Positions 41,559 through 54,884 of a stretch of 64,000 bases of DNA are shown here, piece after piece. The notes beneath the pieces were generated by a model, which saw only the letters and a list, made by a program, of their open reading frames with translations, was not told the origin of the DNA and ran no database searches. Positions within the stretch are counted from its first letter, which is position 1. Every line of letters starts with the position of its first letter. The stretch comes from Octopus vulgaris (Eukaryota): the NCBI GenBank assembly GCA_951406725.2, contig OX597816.1, forward strand, positions 57,412,001 to 57,476,000, read 5' to 3'. The position numbers were made by a program, and so were the translations under genes.

Positions 41559-41990
41559 TACATATACACATACGTACATGTATATATGTATGTTTGCGTT
41601 TTTTTTTAGAATGTGAATTTCTAAATGTTTTTATATTTTTCAGGTATTTTGTTTTTTATTACTTTTTATCATTTTTTTTTTTAAATATTCGTTTCTCTAA
41701 TTTAATTTCGGTAATGAATAAACATCACAACTTCATTTATTAATTTTCTTCTCCTCACCTTTGTTTTGCAATCCATCTGATAGCTAATTAAAACATTCAG
41801 AAATACTCTCAATTAGGAATCTACGATTGATTTAATTAGCGTTATGATAACATAAAGCGACGAATTTGCAAAGTTTTTTTTTAGTTTTTCTTTTATCTCG
41901 TTTTATGTTCTGAATTCAAATTCTGCCAAATTTTTCTTTCATCGCTTCCGTGCAGTCAAGAACTGACCAAATACGAAAGACGGGGGTAGG

Positions 41991-42519
<529 letters not shown>

Positions 42520-43014
42520 CCTCTCTTTCTTTCTCTGCTCCACGGCATGGCGAAGTGTTAAGAGTAACGAACGTCTTACAACAAAGGTGGCCCCACAAGT
42601 TGTTTCACAACCTTTCCATAAAAGACGCCGAGAAAGACAGACGAAAGGACTGTTTTAATTGCCATAAATAGTAATTAAAATACAAGTGTTTCTTGATTAA
42701 CAACTTGTTAGACAAGGGAGTTGATTTGAAATGATGCATTGAGACTAAAACAGGGACATCGTGGGACAGTCGCAGAAAACATTCATACCCACACGGCCAC
42801 TCGCTTGTGTTTTGCTTTGAATTTATTAAACAATCACAAATAACTTGTATTATTATTGAATATTAAAATATTTCGTTTCGGTCACATGTACTCGAGCATG
42901 AAATAACACAGAGAACTTCTTACAATATAATTTTATGCCTCCCACACCAAAGGCCATGGCCATGCTGGAGTACTGCCATTTTCATCGCCTTTTCAAAGGT
43001 TATTCTCATGTTCT

Positions 43015-43394
43015 CTTTTACTCTTTTACTTGTTTCAGTCATTTGACTGTGGCCATGCTGGAGCACCGCCTTTAGTTGAGTAAATCGACCCCGGGACTTA
43101 TTCTTTGTAAGCCTAATACTTATTCTATCGTTCTCTCTTTTGCTGAACTGCTAAGTTACGGTGACGTAAACACACCAGCATCGGTTGTCAAGCGATGTTG
43201 GGAGGACAAACACAGACACACAAACATATACACACACATATATATACATATATATGACAGGCTTCTTTCAGTTTCCGTCTACCAAATCCACTCACAAGGC
43301 TTTGGTCGGCCCGAGGCTATAGTAGAAGATACTTGCCCAAGGTGCCACGCAGTGGGACTGAACCCGGAACCATGTGGTTGGTAAACAAGCTACT
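43015..43394 (-). mobile_element. SINE family B (little diverged)
   Basis: Reverse complement of the consensus. Confidence 0.9.
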
Positions 43395-43409
43395 TTGGTT
43401 TTTAATGAA

Positions 43410-43910
43410 TAACAGGATTTTATATCGGTGCCTCCATTTAAGTTTCTTTCCGGTATATAGGTCCATTTGGGATCTCAGCAGACAATCAGGTGTTTCCTGA
43501 AAACATGGAGATCCACTCCATGTAGATCTCTCGGGTATTTTGGGCAGGCATAAGAGAGCTATGGGCTGTTCGGGTGGGTATTGTAATTCTCGATGCCAAA
43601 CTTTGATGCCAGCCTCTCCAGAATCCTCCATATGTATATCACTGTATATCCCTCCCGTCTTTGCTCCAAGGAAGAGTGTCTTAATCTTTTCAGTCTCTCC
43701 CATTAGCTGGACTGTTTCGTTGATGCAGTCTTCTTGGTGGAACACCGTTGAGGTTGTTTCGAATTCCACAATTTGACATCGTGGGATGACCATAGTTGAG
43801 AGCAATCGTCTAGACGGCTGAGGGCAAACTTCTCCCATAGGACCAGCATACTTTCTTGGTCCCTTGTTTTGTAAGTTCTCAGAATCCAGCCTGCCACCAC
43901 TTCGGGGATA
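43410..43910 (-). mobile_element. Decayed fragment of a LINE related to the 4550-10156 element (ORF2 C-terminal part)
   Basis: VAGWILRTYKTRDQESMLVLWEKFALSRLDDCSQLWS versus LAGWILRTFRTREQETMMVLWKTLVLSHFDYCSQLWS in the intact copy; frameshifted. Confidence 0.85.
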
Positions 43911-45147
43911 TGTAGAGGAAAGGATATTTTTTAATTCTTTATATTTCGAGTGTATCACCCATATTTAGAGGAAAGCAGTCGAAGACTTTTTTCAAACTAG
44001 GAAATGCCATAAACACTTGGCGATTGTTGCTTCCTTTTATTGTCGCTGTCATTGCTTATTATTGTTAGTAGTAGTAGTAGTAGTAGTAGTAGTAAAAAGT
44101 GGTGAGCTGGCAGAATCGTTAGTATGCTGGACGAAATGCTTAGCGGTTTTTCGCCCGTCGCTACATTCTGAGTTCGACTTTGCCTTTCATCCTTTTGGGG
44201 TCGATAAATTAAGTACCAGTCGCGTACTGGGGTCGATCTAATCGAATGTCCCCCCCTCTCACCTAAAATTCCTTCCACTGATGGGTGAATTTGCACGAAA
44301 TATATGAGGATTTAATAAATTATTCTCTCCTCATATTGTAAGAAGCCCTCTACATTAATTCTTCTGTACTTCACAATACTTCAAACCTAACGCTACGATC
44401 CGTCTTATACTTTTATGCCGATAAGCCTTTCCTCGGAATCTGAGGCTCAGATATCCACCACTTGATCGTCTCGCTCTTTTAAACATGATGCAGAAATGGT
44501 CGTTGAAATGTATATTTTTTCAACCGTAATATTAAACAGTAGAAGAGCGGTGAACTGGCAAAGTGGTTAGCACACAGGGCAAAATAATACTTCATGGTAT
44601 TTCGTCCGTCTTTAGGTTCTGAGGCAGGATGAACACTCCAACCTCAGAAAACCTTCACCAGCAACAACTACCCAAACAGACCAATGGATTGGAGGGCTGC
44701 ACCCTGAGTGGTGCAAAGGTGTCATCTGCCAGTGGGTGTAAAGAGTCACCAACAAATGGTAGATGTAGCGGCACGATGTTACAGAGCTTACTGCCATACA
44801 TAAAATGTTTAATAGAGAAGTGTATCGGTTTTGAACGGGGATTAAAGCCACTACACAACACTAACATGTGCAGTTATATCATACTACTAATAAAGATAAC
44901 GTGACTGACCAGACTATTGAATGTTGTTATGCATCGCTGGTCACAATACGTTTTGCATCGTTTTTTAGCTTTCAAATGGTGCCACCTTGCTGATAAGGCG
45001 TACAGGCCAACATTGCCCCTGATCGGAAAGCTATTATTTCGTTGCAGGGTGACCCTTTACGGTTGAGTGGACTGGTGCATAGTGAAATGAAATGTTTGGC
45101 TCCTGGTCTGGGAAGCGAAATTTTTTTTTCTTTTTTTTTTGTCACAT

Positions 45148-45651
45148 GATTTCCGGACCCCAGTCACAAACTCATTTGCATACAGCCAATCAGAGCTCAA
45201 CTGTCAAACTAATTTATGAGCACATAGCAAGTGATGGGTGATCAGATAAGGTCACTTGGGTAAGGAATGACCTTGCTTGTTTTCTCTTTTAAGAAAGCTT
45301 GTTGTTCTTGTTCTTATTTCAACCATGGCTGCCTCTGCGTAGTTATTTGTGTTGTTGTTTACTTTGTAAAACAGTGAGGGGAGCGGGTTGCTAGCACATC
45401 ACCCTCTACCCACATTTTCCCATCCACACCTTTACCATATGGGGCCCTAACAAAATCCGATAATAGGTACAGATGCAAATCTATTTAATTACTTGTCTCC
45501 TTCTAAAATCAGGCATAAACTTGGCGATCGGTCAACTTACAACACCATTCTTTGTTAACTTGAATGCCAACCTTTGTTAACTTGACAACAAGGCCAAGGT
45601 GAACTCTAATTGGCTGTATGCAAATGAGTTCATTACTGGGGTCTGGAACTC
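45148..45651. mobile_element. MITE-like insert with ~55-bp imperfect TIRs containing octamer and CCAAT motifs
   Basis: GATTTCCGGACCCCAGTCACAAACTCATTTGCATACAGCCAATCAGAGCTC versus GAACTCTAATTGGCTGTATGCAAATGAGTTCATTACTGGGGTCTGGAACTC; it interrupts a minus-strand SINE-like sequence. Confidence 0.75.
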
Positions 45652-45861
45652 CTGTGGGAAAAAGATTTCGCATTCGGGAAGCGAACCCATGTTCTGGCGA
45701 CGGTGAGTGCAACACCCTAACCACTGGGCCACACACCTTCACACTTAATAAAGAGATTTCTTGACAAATGTTCTTCTTCCGTTTGTGATGGAGTCGTCAT
45801 GCGATCTTGTTGACAGTAATGCTCTCGTTGTTGTTGTTGTTGACAATATTGTTTAATGTTC

Positions 45862-46250
45862 AGGCGCAAGAGTGGCTGTGTGGTAAGTAGCTTGCTTACC
45901 AACCACATGGTTCCGGGTTCAGTCCCACTGCATGGCACCTTGGGCAAGTGTTTTCTGCTATAGCCTCGGGCCGACCAAAGCCTTGTGAGTGGATTTGGTA
46001 GACGGAAACTGAAAGAAGCCTGTCGTATATATGTATATATGTATGTGTGTCTGTGTTTGTCCCCGTAGCATTGCTTGACAACTGATGCTGGTGTGTTTAT
46101 GTCTCCGTTACTTAGCAGTTCGGCAAAAGAGACCGATAGAATAAGTACTGGGCTTACAAAGAATAAGTGCCGGGGTCGATTTGCTCGACTAAAGGTGGTG
46201 CTCCAGCATGGCAGCAGTCAAATGACTGAAACAAGTAAAAGAGTAAAAGA
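45862..46250 (+). mobile_element. SINE family B, reference full-length copy
   Basis: A-box TGGCTGTGTGG, B-box GGTTCAGTCCC, CORE-like GGCACCTTGGGCAAGT, internal microsatellite, CR1-like 3' tail and GTAAAAGA repeats. Confidence 0.92.
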
Positions 46251-46486
46251 GAGTTGTAATTGGTGTTAATGTTTCTTGCTGAAAGCTTGTGACCAACTGG
46301 TTGGGCTGTCGTAAGGTTGTGAGTTCAATTCCCAGCGACGCGTTGTGTCCTTGAGCAAGACACTTTATTTCACATCGCTCCAGTCCACTCAGCTGCCAAA
46401 TGTGAGCTGTACCTGTAATTCAAAGGGGTCAGCCTTGTCACATTCTGTGTCATGATGAATTTCCTCGAGAACTATGTTAAGGTGAC

Positions 46487-46884
46487 TGGGTATTTACATT
46501 TCTGAAGAAAAAAAAGATACCGTTCCCCCACCCCTAACCCTAACTAACCCTAACTCTAACTCTAACCCTAAAACAGATTGAAATGCAATAGATCGATACT
46601 AGGGTCATAATTATGGGTGACATTTTCATATGACACCGCCAGAAAATGTTGTTTACACCCTACGGCAGAAATCGTTTTCACCTCAATAGATGTCATTGAT
46701 TGGTTGAAATTGCCGAAATTGAAGAAAATATCTTACAAATATCTTACAAACTACAAAATTTTCTCAAGAAAGCCAAGAGAAAAAGATGTTTTATAAACAC
46801 ATTCTACCAGTATACGAAGTTTAAAATTTTTTAGTTATATGGAAATTATTTTAAAAATCTGCCGGTCAAAGCAAAAAGATCCCA
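46487..46884. mobile_element. Non-autonomous DNA element with telomere-like (CCCTAA)n, nested in a SINE C copy
   Basis: Splits the SINE C body that is continuous at 26390-26450; CCCTAA/CTCTAA run at 46530-46571; ends AAAAGATCCC. Confidence 0.6.
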
Positions 46885-47510
46885 TGTGTCTGTGGAATAC
46901 TCAGTCACTTGCACGTTCATTACACGAGCAAGAGGGTCACGTGGTGCTTACCAAACTGGCGTCAGTTTTCACATCTGTTTTGTTTCATTTAAGTTTATTT
47001 GTAAAACTTAAATTTCCATCCTATTTAATTAATTAATTTTCAATATCATTTGAAGTTCTGTGAGTGTGTGTGACGATTAGGTCAGAGAGAGAGGAGGTGG
47101 TCATTGCGTCAGGGGGAGGGTGATTGCGAGTGGAGGGTGGTCGTGAATAAGGGAGAGAGAGAGGGAGAGTAAAGGTAAGTGAAGAGTGATCGTGAATGAA
47201 TATCATGAGTGACTGATGATCATGTGTGAGAGGGGGTATTTGTGAGGGTAGTCCTGAGTGAAAGAGAAAGACGGTAATCATGAGTGGGGAACATGAATAG
47301 AGGGTGACCATGAGTGGAGATCATGACTACAAGAGAGCGTGACAATGAGTGGGGTTTTTTTTTTTTTTACGATGGCAAACGAAAAGTTCCTAATATTTCC
47401 ATAATCCTCATTCAGTTTGATTTTTATTCCACCATATTTTCTCGTCCTCAATAATCTGATCAATATATATATGCTGAATATCTTAAAAGATTAGTTTTTG
47501 TCCTTCACAG

Positions 47511-47633
47511 ATATCAATGAATGCCTGGATGAGGATCATTGCTGTTCACAGTCCTGTTATAACAACCCAGGATCGTACATGTGCGGATGCACAGCTGGCT
47601 TCCGTTTGAAAAGAGATAGTTGTGGCTGTGAAG
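47511..47633 (+). CDS. MEGF6: MEGF6-like gene, calcium-binding EGF exon (DINECLDEDHCCSQSCYNNPGSYMCGCTAGFRLKRDSCGCE)
   Basis: tccttcacag|AT...GAAG|gtaag; 123 nt, phase 1-1. The extra CC and CGC cysteines match the recalled MEGF6 repeat DVDDCADSPCCQQVCTNNPGGYECGCYAGYRLSADGCGCE. Not present in the ORF track. Confidence 0.92.
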
Positions 47634-47659
47634 GTAAGCAGTTACCTTCCATGTAATTG

Positions 47660-48020
47660 TCGCTAGGGTCCTCGTGGCAAATTTATTGAAAGGTGGGTGA
47701 ATGTCGGAAGAATGGCCAGTATGAACGGACCAATTCTGAGGATACAACTGTAAAAAAAAAAGGTAATATAAAAGGAAAAAGGGGCTCTCTACCCCCCCTT
47801 TTGACCAGGCTCCCGTGGCTTTTATGGGTTTTTCCACGAGTAACCTTTCGAAGCACCCACCTCTATTGGGAGTTTTTATTTGTTATATTTTTGTTGTTAT
47901 CTTGCATTTTTACACGGACTTTACAAACAGACAAAACCCTTTTTGTAACTTTCGTCCTGTATTTTGTTCTTACATGTTTTATTTGATTTTTGTTAGCCCT
48001 TGTGGCCAATAAACGAATTT
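47660..48020 (+). mobile_element. L1/Tx1-like LINE 3' end
   Basis: ...GKFIERWVNVGRMASMNGPILRIQL* resembles the Tx1 C-terminal FxxxW motif; T-rich 3' UTR ending TTAGCCCTTGTGGCCAATAAA. Confidence 0.6.
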
Positions 48021-48044
48021 ATTATTATTATTATTATTATTATT

Positions 48045-48441
48045 AAAACGGGCGAACTGCTGGCAGAATCGTTAGCACGCTGGATGAAATGCTTAGCGGT
48101 TTTTCGTCCATCGCTACATTTCGAGTTCGACTTTGCCTTTCATCCTTTTGGGGGTCGATAAATTAAGTACCAGTTGCGTACGGGGTCGATCTAATCGACT
48201 GCCCCTGCCCTCTTCCCTAAAATTTCAGGCCTTGTGCCTAATAATAGAAAGGGTTATTTATTATTGTTATTAATACGGCATTTTGTCCATCCTTACGTTC
48301 TGAGTTCAAATTCCGCCGAGATTAACTTTGCTTTTCAACCTTTCAGGGCCGATAAATTAAGTAGCAGTGGGACACTGGAGTTGATTACATCGACTTAACC
48401 ACTCTCTTAAAATTTCAGACCTTGTGCCTATAGTAGAATGG

Positions 48442-48491
<50 letters not shown>

Positions 48492-48724
48492 GAAGGCGGC
48501 GAGCTGGCAGAATTGTTAGTATGCTGGATGACATACTTAACAGTATTTCATCCGTCTTCACGTTCTGAGTTCAAATTCCACCGAGGTCAACTTTGCCTTT
48601 CATCCTTTCGGGGTCGATAAAATAAGTACCAGTTGCATACTGGGTCGATGTAATCGACTTAATCCCTTTGTCTGTCCTTGTTTGTCTCCTCTCTGTTTAG
48701 CCCCCTGTGGGCAATAAAGAAATA
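48045..48724 (+). mobile_element. Cluster of three SINE family A copies separated by (ATT)n
   Basis: Family core occurs three times; tails B, B, A. Confidence 0.85.
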
Positions 48725-49149
48725 GATACACACACACACACAGATACTGATGCAAAAGGATGTGCTAACAGAGATGCATACCACAAAAAGATGAAATGGA
48801 ATCTGAGACGGGACAAGACCAGAGAGAAGAGGAAACACAGAGAAGAACAGAACGTCATTGAAGAACTCTGATAAAAAATCTAATAATAATAATAAAGTGA
48901 AGGTCAAATAAACAGTGCATGTGTTTATTGGCAAAATGAACGTCCCCAAATATTTAATTAGTTAATATTCCAGTAATGTTTCCCTTATCTTTCTGGACTA
49001 TAATTAATTGTTAACAATGTTATTTCTCCTCACTACAGTGACAGCAGAGGAGGAAAGGGTTAAATTAATTAACTTTTCTTAGTTCCTCCCTAAATGAATT
49101 ATGTTAGCAGCAATTTTAGCATGTCGTCATGTTTCGTCTCTCTTTGTAG

Positions 49150-49272
49150 ATGTTAACGAATGTCTCAATGACAATGGAGGCTGTGAAGAGCAGTGCGTCA
49201 ATTCCGAAGGGTCGTACCAATGTATCTGTAGAGTTGGCAAGCTGTTGGCTCGAGACGGCCGCACCTGTATAC
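49150..49272 (+). CDS. MEGF6: MEGF6-like gene, calcium-binding EGF exon ([41 protein letters not shown])
   Basis: tctttgtag|AT...ATAC|gtgagt; 123 nt, phase 1-1; cbEGF consensus DxNEC...CxNxxGSYxC. Confidence 0.93.
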
Positions 49273-49782
49273 GTGAGTTGACAGTTTTTATAGGGATTTC
49301 TTTTTAAGGAATAACAACAAATGGGACATACTGACATACATCCTGAACAGTTGGGCTCATTAGGGACAACAGTTATATATATATATATACCCACACATAT
49401 ATATACACATACACACACATATATGTATGTATGTATGTATATATGTATATATAATAATGTAGAATGGGTGGCATGTTTGATTCTCTTTGTTTTTTGGGAA
49501 AATCCTGTAATTTTGAACACATTGTTGATTGTAATTATAAAAAGCTCTCATGGTAGCTATGAAAGTACAGACAGTGTACAATGGCTGGGGTAACCCTGTT
49601 TCATCACAAAACCTACATCAATGTAATTGTCAGTGAAGATTTGCATCACTGAAGCAAACTTGTAAAAGCCAAAAAAATTGGAGAGTTTGGGTTTTTTTAA
49701 TATTTTTTTTCAAAGATAATCACTTCTGCCACTCATGCTACCATATATATGTGTATAAATATCATCAATAACGAAGGCATAT

Positions 49783-49978
49783 GTTATACATGAACTACTT
49801 CAAGTTTCATGTTTAGATAACATATGGTGTACAATCCCACAATCTTTCAGGATTTTCACCATGGTGTAGCCATGTTATTTCACTCTGAATGATTGCCAAA
49901 TTATGCACAGTACACTACACAAGCTTGTCCAATTACTGCACTATCCAAGCATGAAACTTGAAGTAGCTCATGTATAAC
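49783..49978. mobile_element. Short MITE with ~37-bp TIRs
   Basis: GTTATACATGAACTACTTCAAGTTTCATGTTTAGATA versus TATCCAAGCATGAAACTTGAAGTAGCTCATGTATAAC. Confidence 0.75.
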
Positions 49979-52180
49979 TTCTGTATTCTTTAAATTATAT
50001 CTTTAGCTGGAATCTAGTTTATCTGGACACCATTCCCAGTGGCAACCAGTTTAAAATGGTAATCAAGTCTGTAATAATCTGTGCCTTGCTGTAGGTAATA
50101 ATACAATTATGTCTTTCTGAATCCAACAATCCACACATGGTCCAGTGTTTCTCTTCAGTTTTCTCTCTATTAAGTGGATGAGAGACATTTCCTCCTGGAT
50201 GAGACACTAGACTATTATACATAGTTCTCCTCCCTTATCTTTTCCTCGGTAGGTATTGAACTCCCCACTGCAAGCTAAGTCAAATAATTGACAACCCAAC
50301 AATGCTTCTATTGTTTATTACAAGAGAGTTGTTTCTGTCCTGTTGTACCAATAGACCGGACTGTTACAAGTTAAACGCCCTCACCACACACACACATAAT
50401 GCAGTGTCAGGGGTAACAAACTGCCAGCCTCTTAGTTCATACTCTGACCATCCTTTATGCAACTTTATTCAGGGACACAACACAATGTTTATGAGACAAG
50501 ATTTGAGCTCCTAAATTAAAAAGCGCCAAACTAAACCAGAGAAATGGATTTTTAAAAATAAATCTCATTTCATTAATTGTCTGATGATTATGTGGGGAAC
50601 TGTTCTGGATAAGGACATCATGGAAGATAGAAAGGAAGTAGGGTTGACTTCTGGAGAGGTGTCTGATAAATTAATCCAGTATGATCCAGGTTTATGTGTT
50701 TAGGATTAAGACACACTTGTATCAAATTTTAATCCGTGTAGGCAAGGAAAATTTTGATTATGGATGAAGATTTCGGTTTATTCAATGAAAAGTCTTTCTG
50801 AGTGACATCTTCTGGGCTTTTAATTAAGCTAAAAGTCATTAGTCCAAAATGACAGTGAGTGTAATTATGTTAATTATACTTAATGAAGATTTAGTAAAAC
50901 AAATTTTTTCTGAAGAATTCAGCAGAGTAAAGTTAGGTGAAACAACTGGAAAAGTCATTTATGAGAAATATTTACATTAATTTCATGCATAGAGAGAGAG
51001 TTCGGTTCCACTGCACAGCACCGCACCTTGGATGAGTATCTTCTACTGAAGTGCTGGGCTGTCCAAAGCCTTGTCAGTGGAATTGGTGGTTGGAAACTGA
51101 AAGAAGACCATTGTGTGTGTGTATGTGTGTGTGCTACTGTTATAAAGCAGTGTTGTGTCATTCTTTTCCAGTATTCTGTAAAAGCATGTCTGTTCAGGGG
51201 AAGAGTATTACCTTGCTTGAAAACAGGTGAGGGTTAGTGACAGGAAGGGCATCTGTTTACAGAAAAAATCTGCCTCAATAAATTCTGTCTGACCCATGCA
51301 AGCATGGAAAGGTGGACTTTAAAACAATGATGAGATATAGAAAGACATACAAGTACATACATGCATCCATATGATGGCCGTCCTCTCATGACCAAGGAAG
51401 ACCATTGCCAACCTATCATCCATATATACACATACATTGCTGACCTATGCATCCATATACACACATACATACAAACATAATCACATACATAAGTACACAC
51501 ATCATGATGCTGACCCTGTCATCCTCACATCAATATTAATTCCAAAAGAAACTTTCACCTATTTCTATACACGTTATATACATTATACAACTATTTTATA
51601 CATGTGTGTATACTCATACACACACACACATAAACATAATGCATACATATGTGCATACATACCCATATGTACATATCCATACATACATACACTTTTATAC
51701 ACATGCACGTGGACACACATACACACCCATGTAGACAAATTCAAACATATATACATGTACACATACATACATACATACACACATGCACATACAGTTTTTA
51801 TAATTGTCCTGAAACAGGATATCTCACCATTAGTATTTGTTTTTGGTACCAATAAAGAATTAACAGCCTTCCACTTTCACATCAAATACCACAACTTGTT
51901 GTGTCAAAAATGAATTACTAAACACTTAATTAGTCAAGGAGCTATTTATAATGATTAACATGAGAAGCAGATTAAAGGCAACGAGCTGGCAAAGTCGTTA
52001 GCATGCCAGATGAAATGCTTAGTGGCATTTCATCCATCTTTATGTCCTGAGTTCAAATTCCACCAAGGTTGACTTTGCCTTTCACCCTTTCAAGGTTAGT
52101 AAAATATGTAACAGCCAAGCACCAGGCTCCTGCCAAAATTTCAGACCTGAAAATTATAGAAAGGAATATTAAAAAGCAGC

Positions 52181-53171
52181 TTAACCCTTTTCTTACCATA
52201 TTTCTGTTGAGATGTTCTGTGTTTCTTTCAATTAATTTTAAATATAACAAAGAATTTAGTAAAATAACTTTGCTATCATTCAACTAGTGTTAGGAACATA
52301 AATTGTGACTAAGGTTTGGTGGGAGATTTTAATTCAAAACTTAATGGAAACAAGACATTTGTACTCATGAGCCAGACCCGGTTTCAGCCGGGTTGATATC
52401 AAAAGGGTTAAGAATTGTTTCTCTATTATATATTTTAACTCTTTTCTTACCATTTTTCTGTTGAGATGTTCTGTGTTTCTTTCAATTAATTTTAAATATA
52501 ACAAAGAATTTAGTAAAATAACTTGGTTATCATTAAGCTTATGTTAGGAACATAAATTGTGACTAAGGTTTGGTGGGAGATTTTAATTCAAAACTTAATG
52601 GAAACAAGACATTTGTACTCATGAGCCAGACCCGGTTTCAGCCGGGTTGGTATCAAAAGGGTTAAGAATTGTTTCTCTATTATATATTTTAACTCTTTTC
52701 TTACCATATTTCTGTTGAGATGTTCTGTGTTTCTTTCAATTAATTTTAAATATAACAAAGAATTTAGTAAAATAACTTGGTTATCATTAAGCTAGTGTTA
52801 GGAACATAAATTGTGACTAAGGTTTGGTGGGAGATTTTAATTCAAAACTTATGGAAGCAAAACATTTATACTCATGAGCCAGAGCCGGTTTCAGCCGGGT
52901 TGGTATCAAAAGGGTTAAGAATTGTTTCTCTATTATATATTTTAACTCTTTTCTTAACATATTTCTGTTGAGATGTTCTGTGTTTCTTTCAGTTAATTTT
53001 AAATATATCAAAGAATTTAGTAAAATAACTTTGTTATCATTCAACTAGTGTTAGGAACATGAATTGTGACTAAGGTTTGGTGGAACATTTTAATTCAAAA
53101 CTTATGGAAACAAGACATTTGTACTCATGAGCCAGAGCCGGTTTCAGCCGGGTTGATGACGAAAGGGTTAA
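52181..53171. mobile_element. Four tandem piggyBac-like MITEs (TTAA-CCCTTT...AAAGGG-TTAA), period about 254 bp
   Basis: Copies at 52181-52411, 52435-52665, 52689-52918 and 52942-53171, with an identical 23-bp spacer GAATTGTTTCTCTATTATATATT. Confidence 0.9.
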
Positions 53172-54389
53172 AGAGACAGACGTCAGAATGACAAATAAAC
53201 AAATACAGGGTGAACTTTTGGATTTATTGTCCCAATTTGTTGATCGTGGCTGCGGATGCCCCTGTCACCATCATCGTTTTTACTGATTGCAATTCCATTT
53301 TTGCATGGCTCAGACAAAGCTTAATGAGGTAGAATTTTCTATGGCTGGGTGCTCTTCCTGTCATCAACCATCACCTTTTTTCAAGCAAGGTAATATTTCC
53401 CCATGGCCAGAAAATGCTTTTACAGGAGGTAAGAAATAAACGACACTGCTTGTATAACAGTGACCCTCATTTACAACTACCAAACAATGTCAAAACAAAG
53501 ACACACACACACAATGGGCTTCTTTCAGTTTCCTAACAATGTTAAGTGGAAATTTTTTCTCTTTTGACTTTGTAGTATATATATACATAATATAAATACT
53601 ATATAAATATATGCATATATACATACATATATGTACATACCTACATATATATGTATATATACATGCATATATTGGTACTGGACATCAAAAAAAAAACGTT
53701 AAACACAATGAGAAATGAAAACATAGAAAACGAACTTTTTTTTCGAACAACGAAAAGAAAACAAACAGGGAAACGAGATATGCAACATAAAAAATATTCC
53801 CCTTCTTCAGTTGTCCCTATTTCACACACACACACACACACACACACAAAAGTAATAGTTTAAATGAGGAAAGGAGAAGTAAAATTGACATTACAATTGT
53901 TTCCATAACTGGACATCTCATAGAATGTTATGTAATGCATATGGAAAGATGTAATAACATTCCTTTAGTCCATTCACTTCCTCAGATGTCATAACCTGAA
54001 GGTATAATCTTTCGATTTTGGAATGCTGTGCTAGCCAGGGTCCTGCATGGTGTGCTTATGTGGTGATAGCCAAGATTATAAATATTCCCTCAGTCTATAT
54101 TTATATATATTGATTATAAACAGACCTATATGATAGATTGTCTATGTGTTTGAGGTATAGTTTAAAATATCAACATATACACTAACCATCCACTACATCC
54201 ATTCAGTGAGAACTTTCTGGAAAAATACTTCCAAAGACAATTCTGGAAAATATCAAAACACTTTCTGAGACATATTTTCTCAAAACCCAAGAAAAAACAA
54301 AACCACCATCCGCTGTCTTTATTATTTTAATTTAATATTATCATCGTTATTATTATTATTATTTTCGTTTATTTTTCTGATCAACCCAG

Positions 54390-54494
54390 TTAAAATCTCC
54401 AGAGGAGATACCCCAGTAACCCCTGAATCAACTGCTTCTACCCTCACACACTCAGACACACAGTCACATGAGAGAGTACCCACTAACCCTAAAG
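54390..54494 (+). CDS. MEGF6: MEGF6-like gene, probable S/T/P-rich linker exon (LKISRGDTPVTPESTASTLTHSDTQSHERVPTNPK)
   Basis: T-rich tract...acccag|TT...AAAG|gtatgt; 105 nt, phase 1-1, in frame with the previous exon. MEGF6 has a non-EGF linker at this position. No domain motif confirms it. Confidence 0.65.
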
Positions 54495-54884
54495 GTATGT
54501 AAACTGTTTTTCCAGTTCTCAGTAGTGTGGCCCCCTGGCTTCTGTAGATGTTACCAAATAACAAAAGAGCTGCGGGCCTCTCTGTTTCTACCCCAAGTGC
54601 AAAGGGTCATGAAGCAGATACAATATAGGGCATCCTTGCTCTTACTTCTTGCACCTTATCTCTCTCTCTCTCTCTCTCTCACTTTCCTAATCTTTGTTTC
54701 CTCTTTCTTTTTCTCTCACTTTATCTCTTTACCTATTTTCAACACTCTGGTGGTTGGCTTCGTGTGCTGTGTGCTTTGGTAAACAGTTTTCAATAACAAA
54801 CCTTCAAAAATTTGAAGAAAAATTACGAAATTTTTTTTTTGTTTTGTTGATTTTTTTTTCTTTTCTCTTCTTTTTATTTTACAA

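Noticed and set aside
53780-53825. CTGAAGA motif on the minus strand as a hammerhead
   Set aside because: The element is truncated by (AC)n and no matching GAAA/stem III is present.
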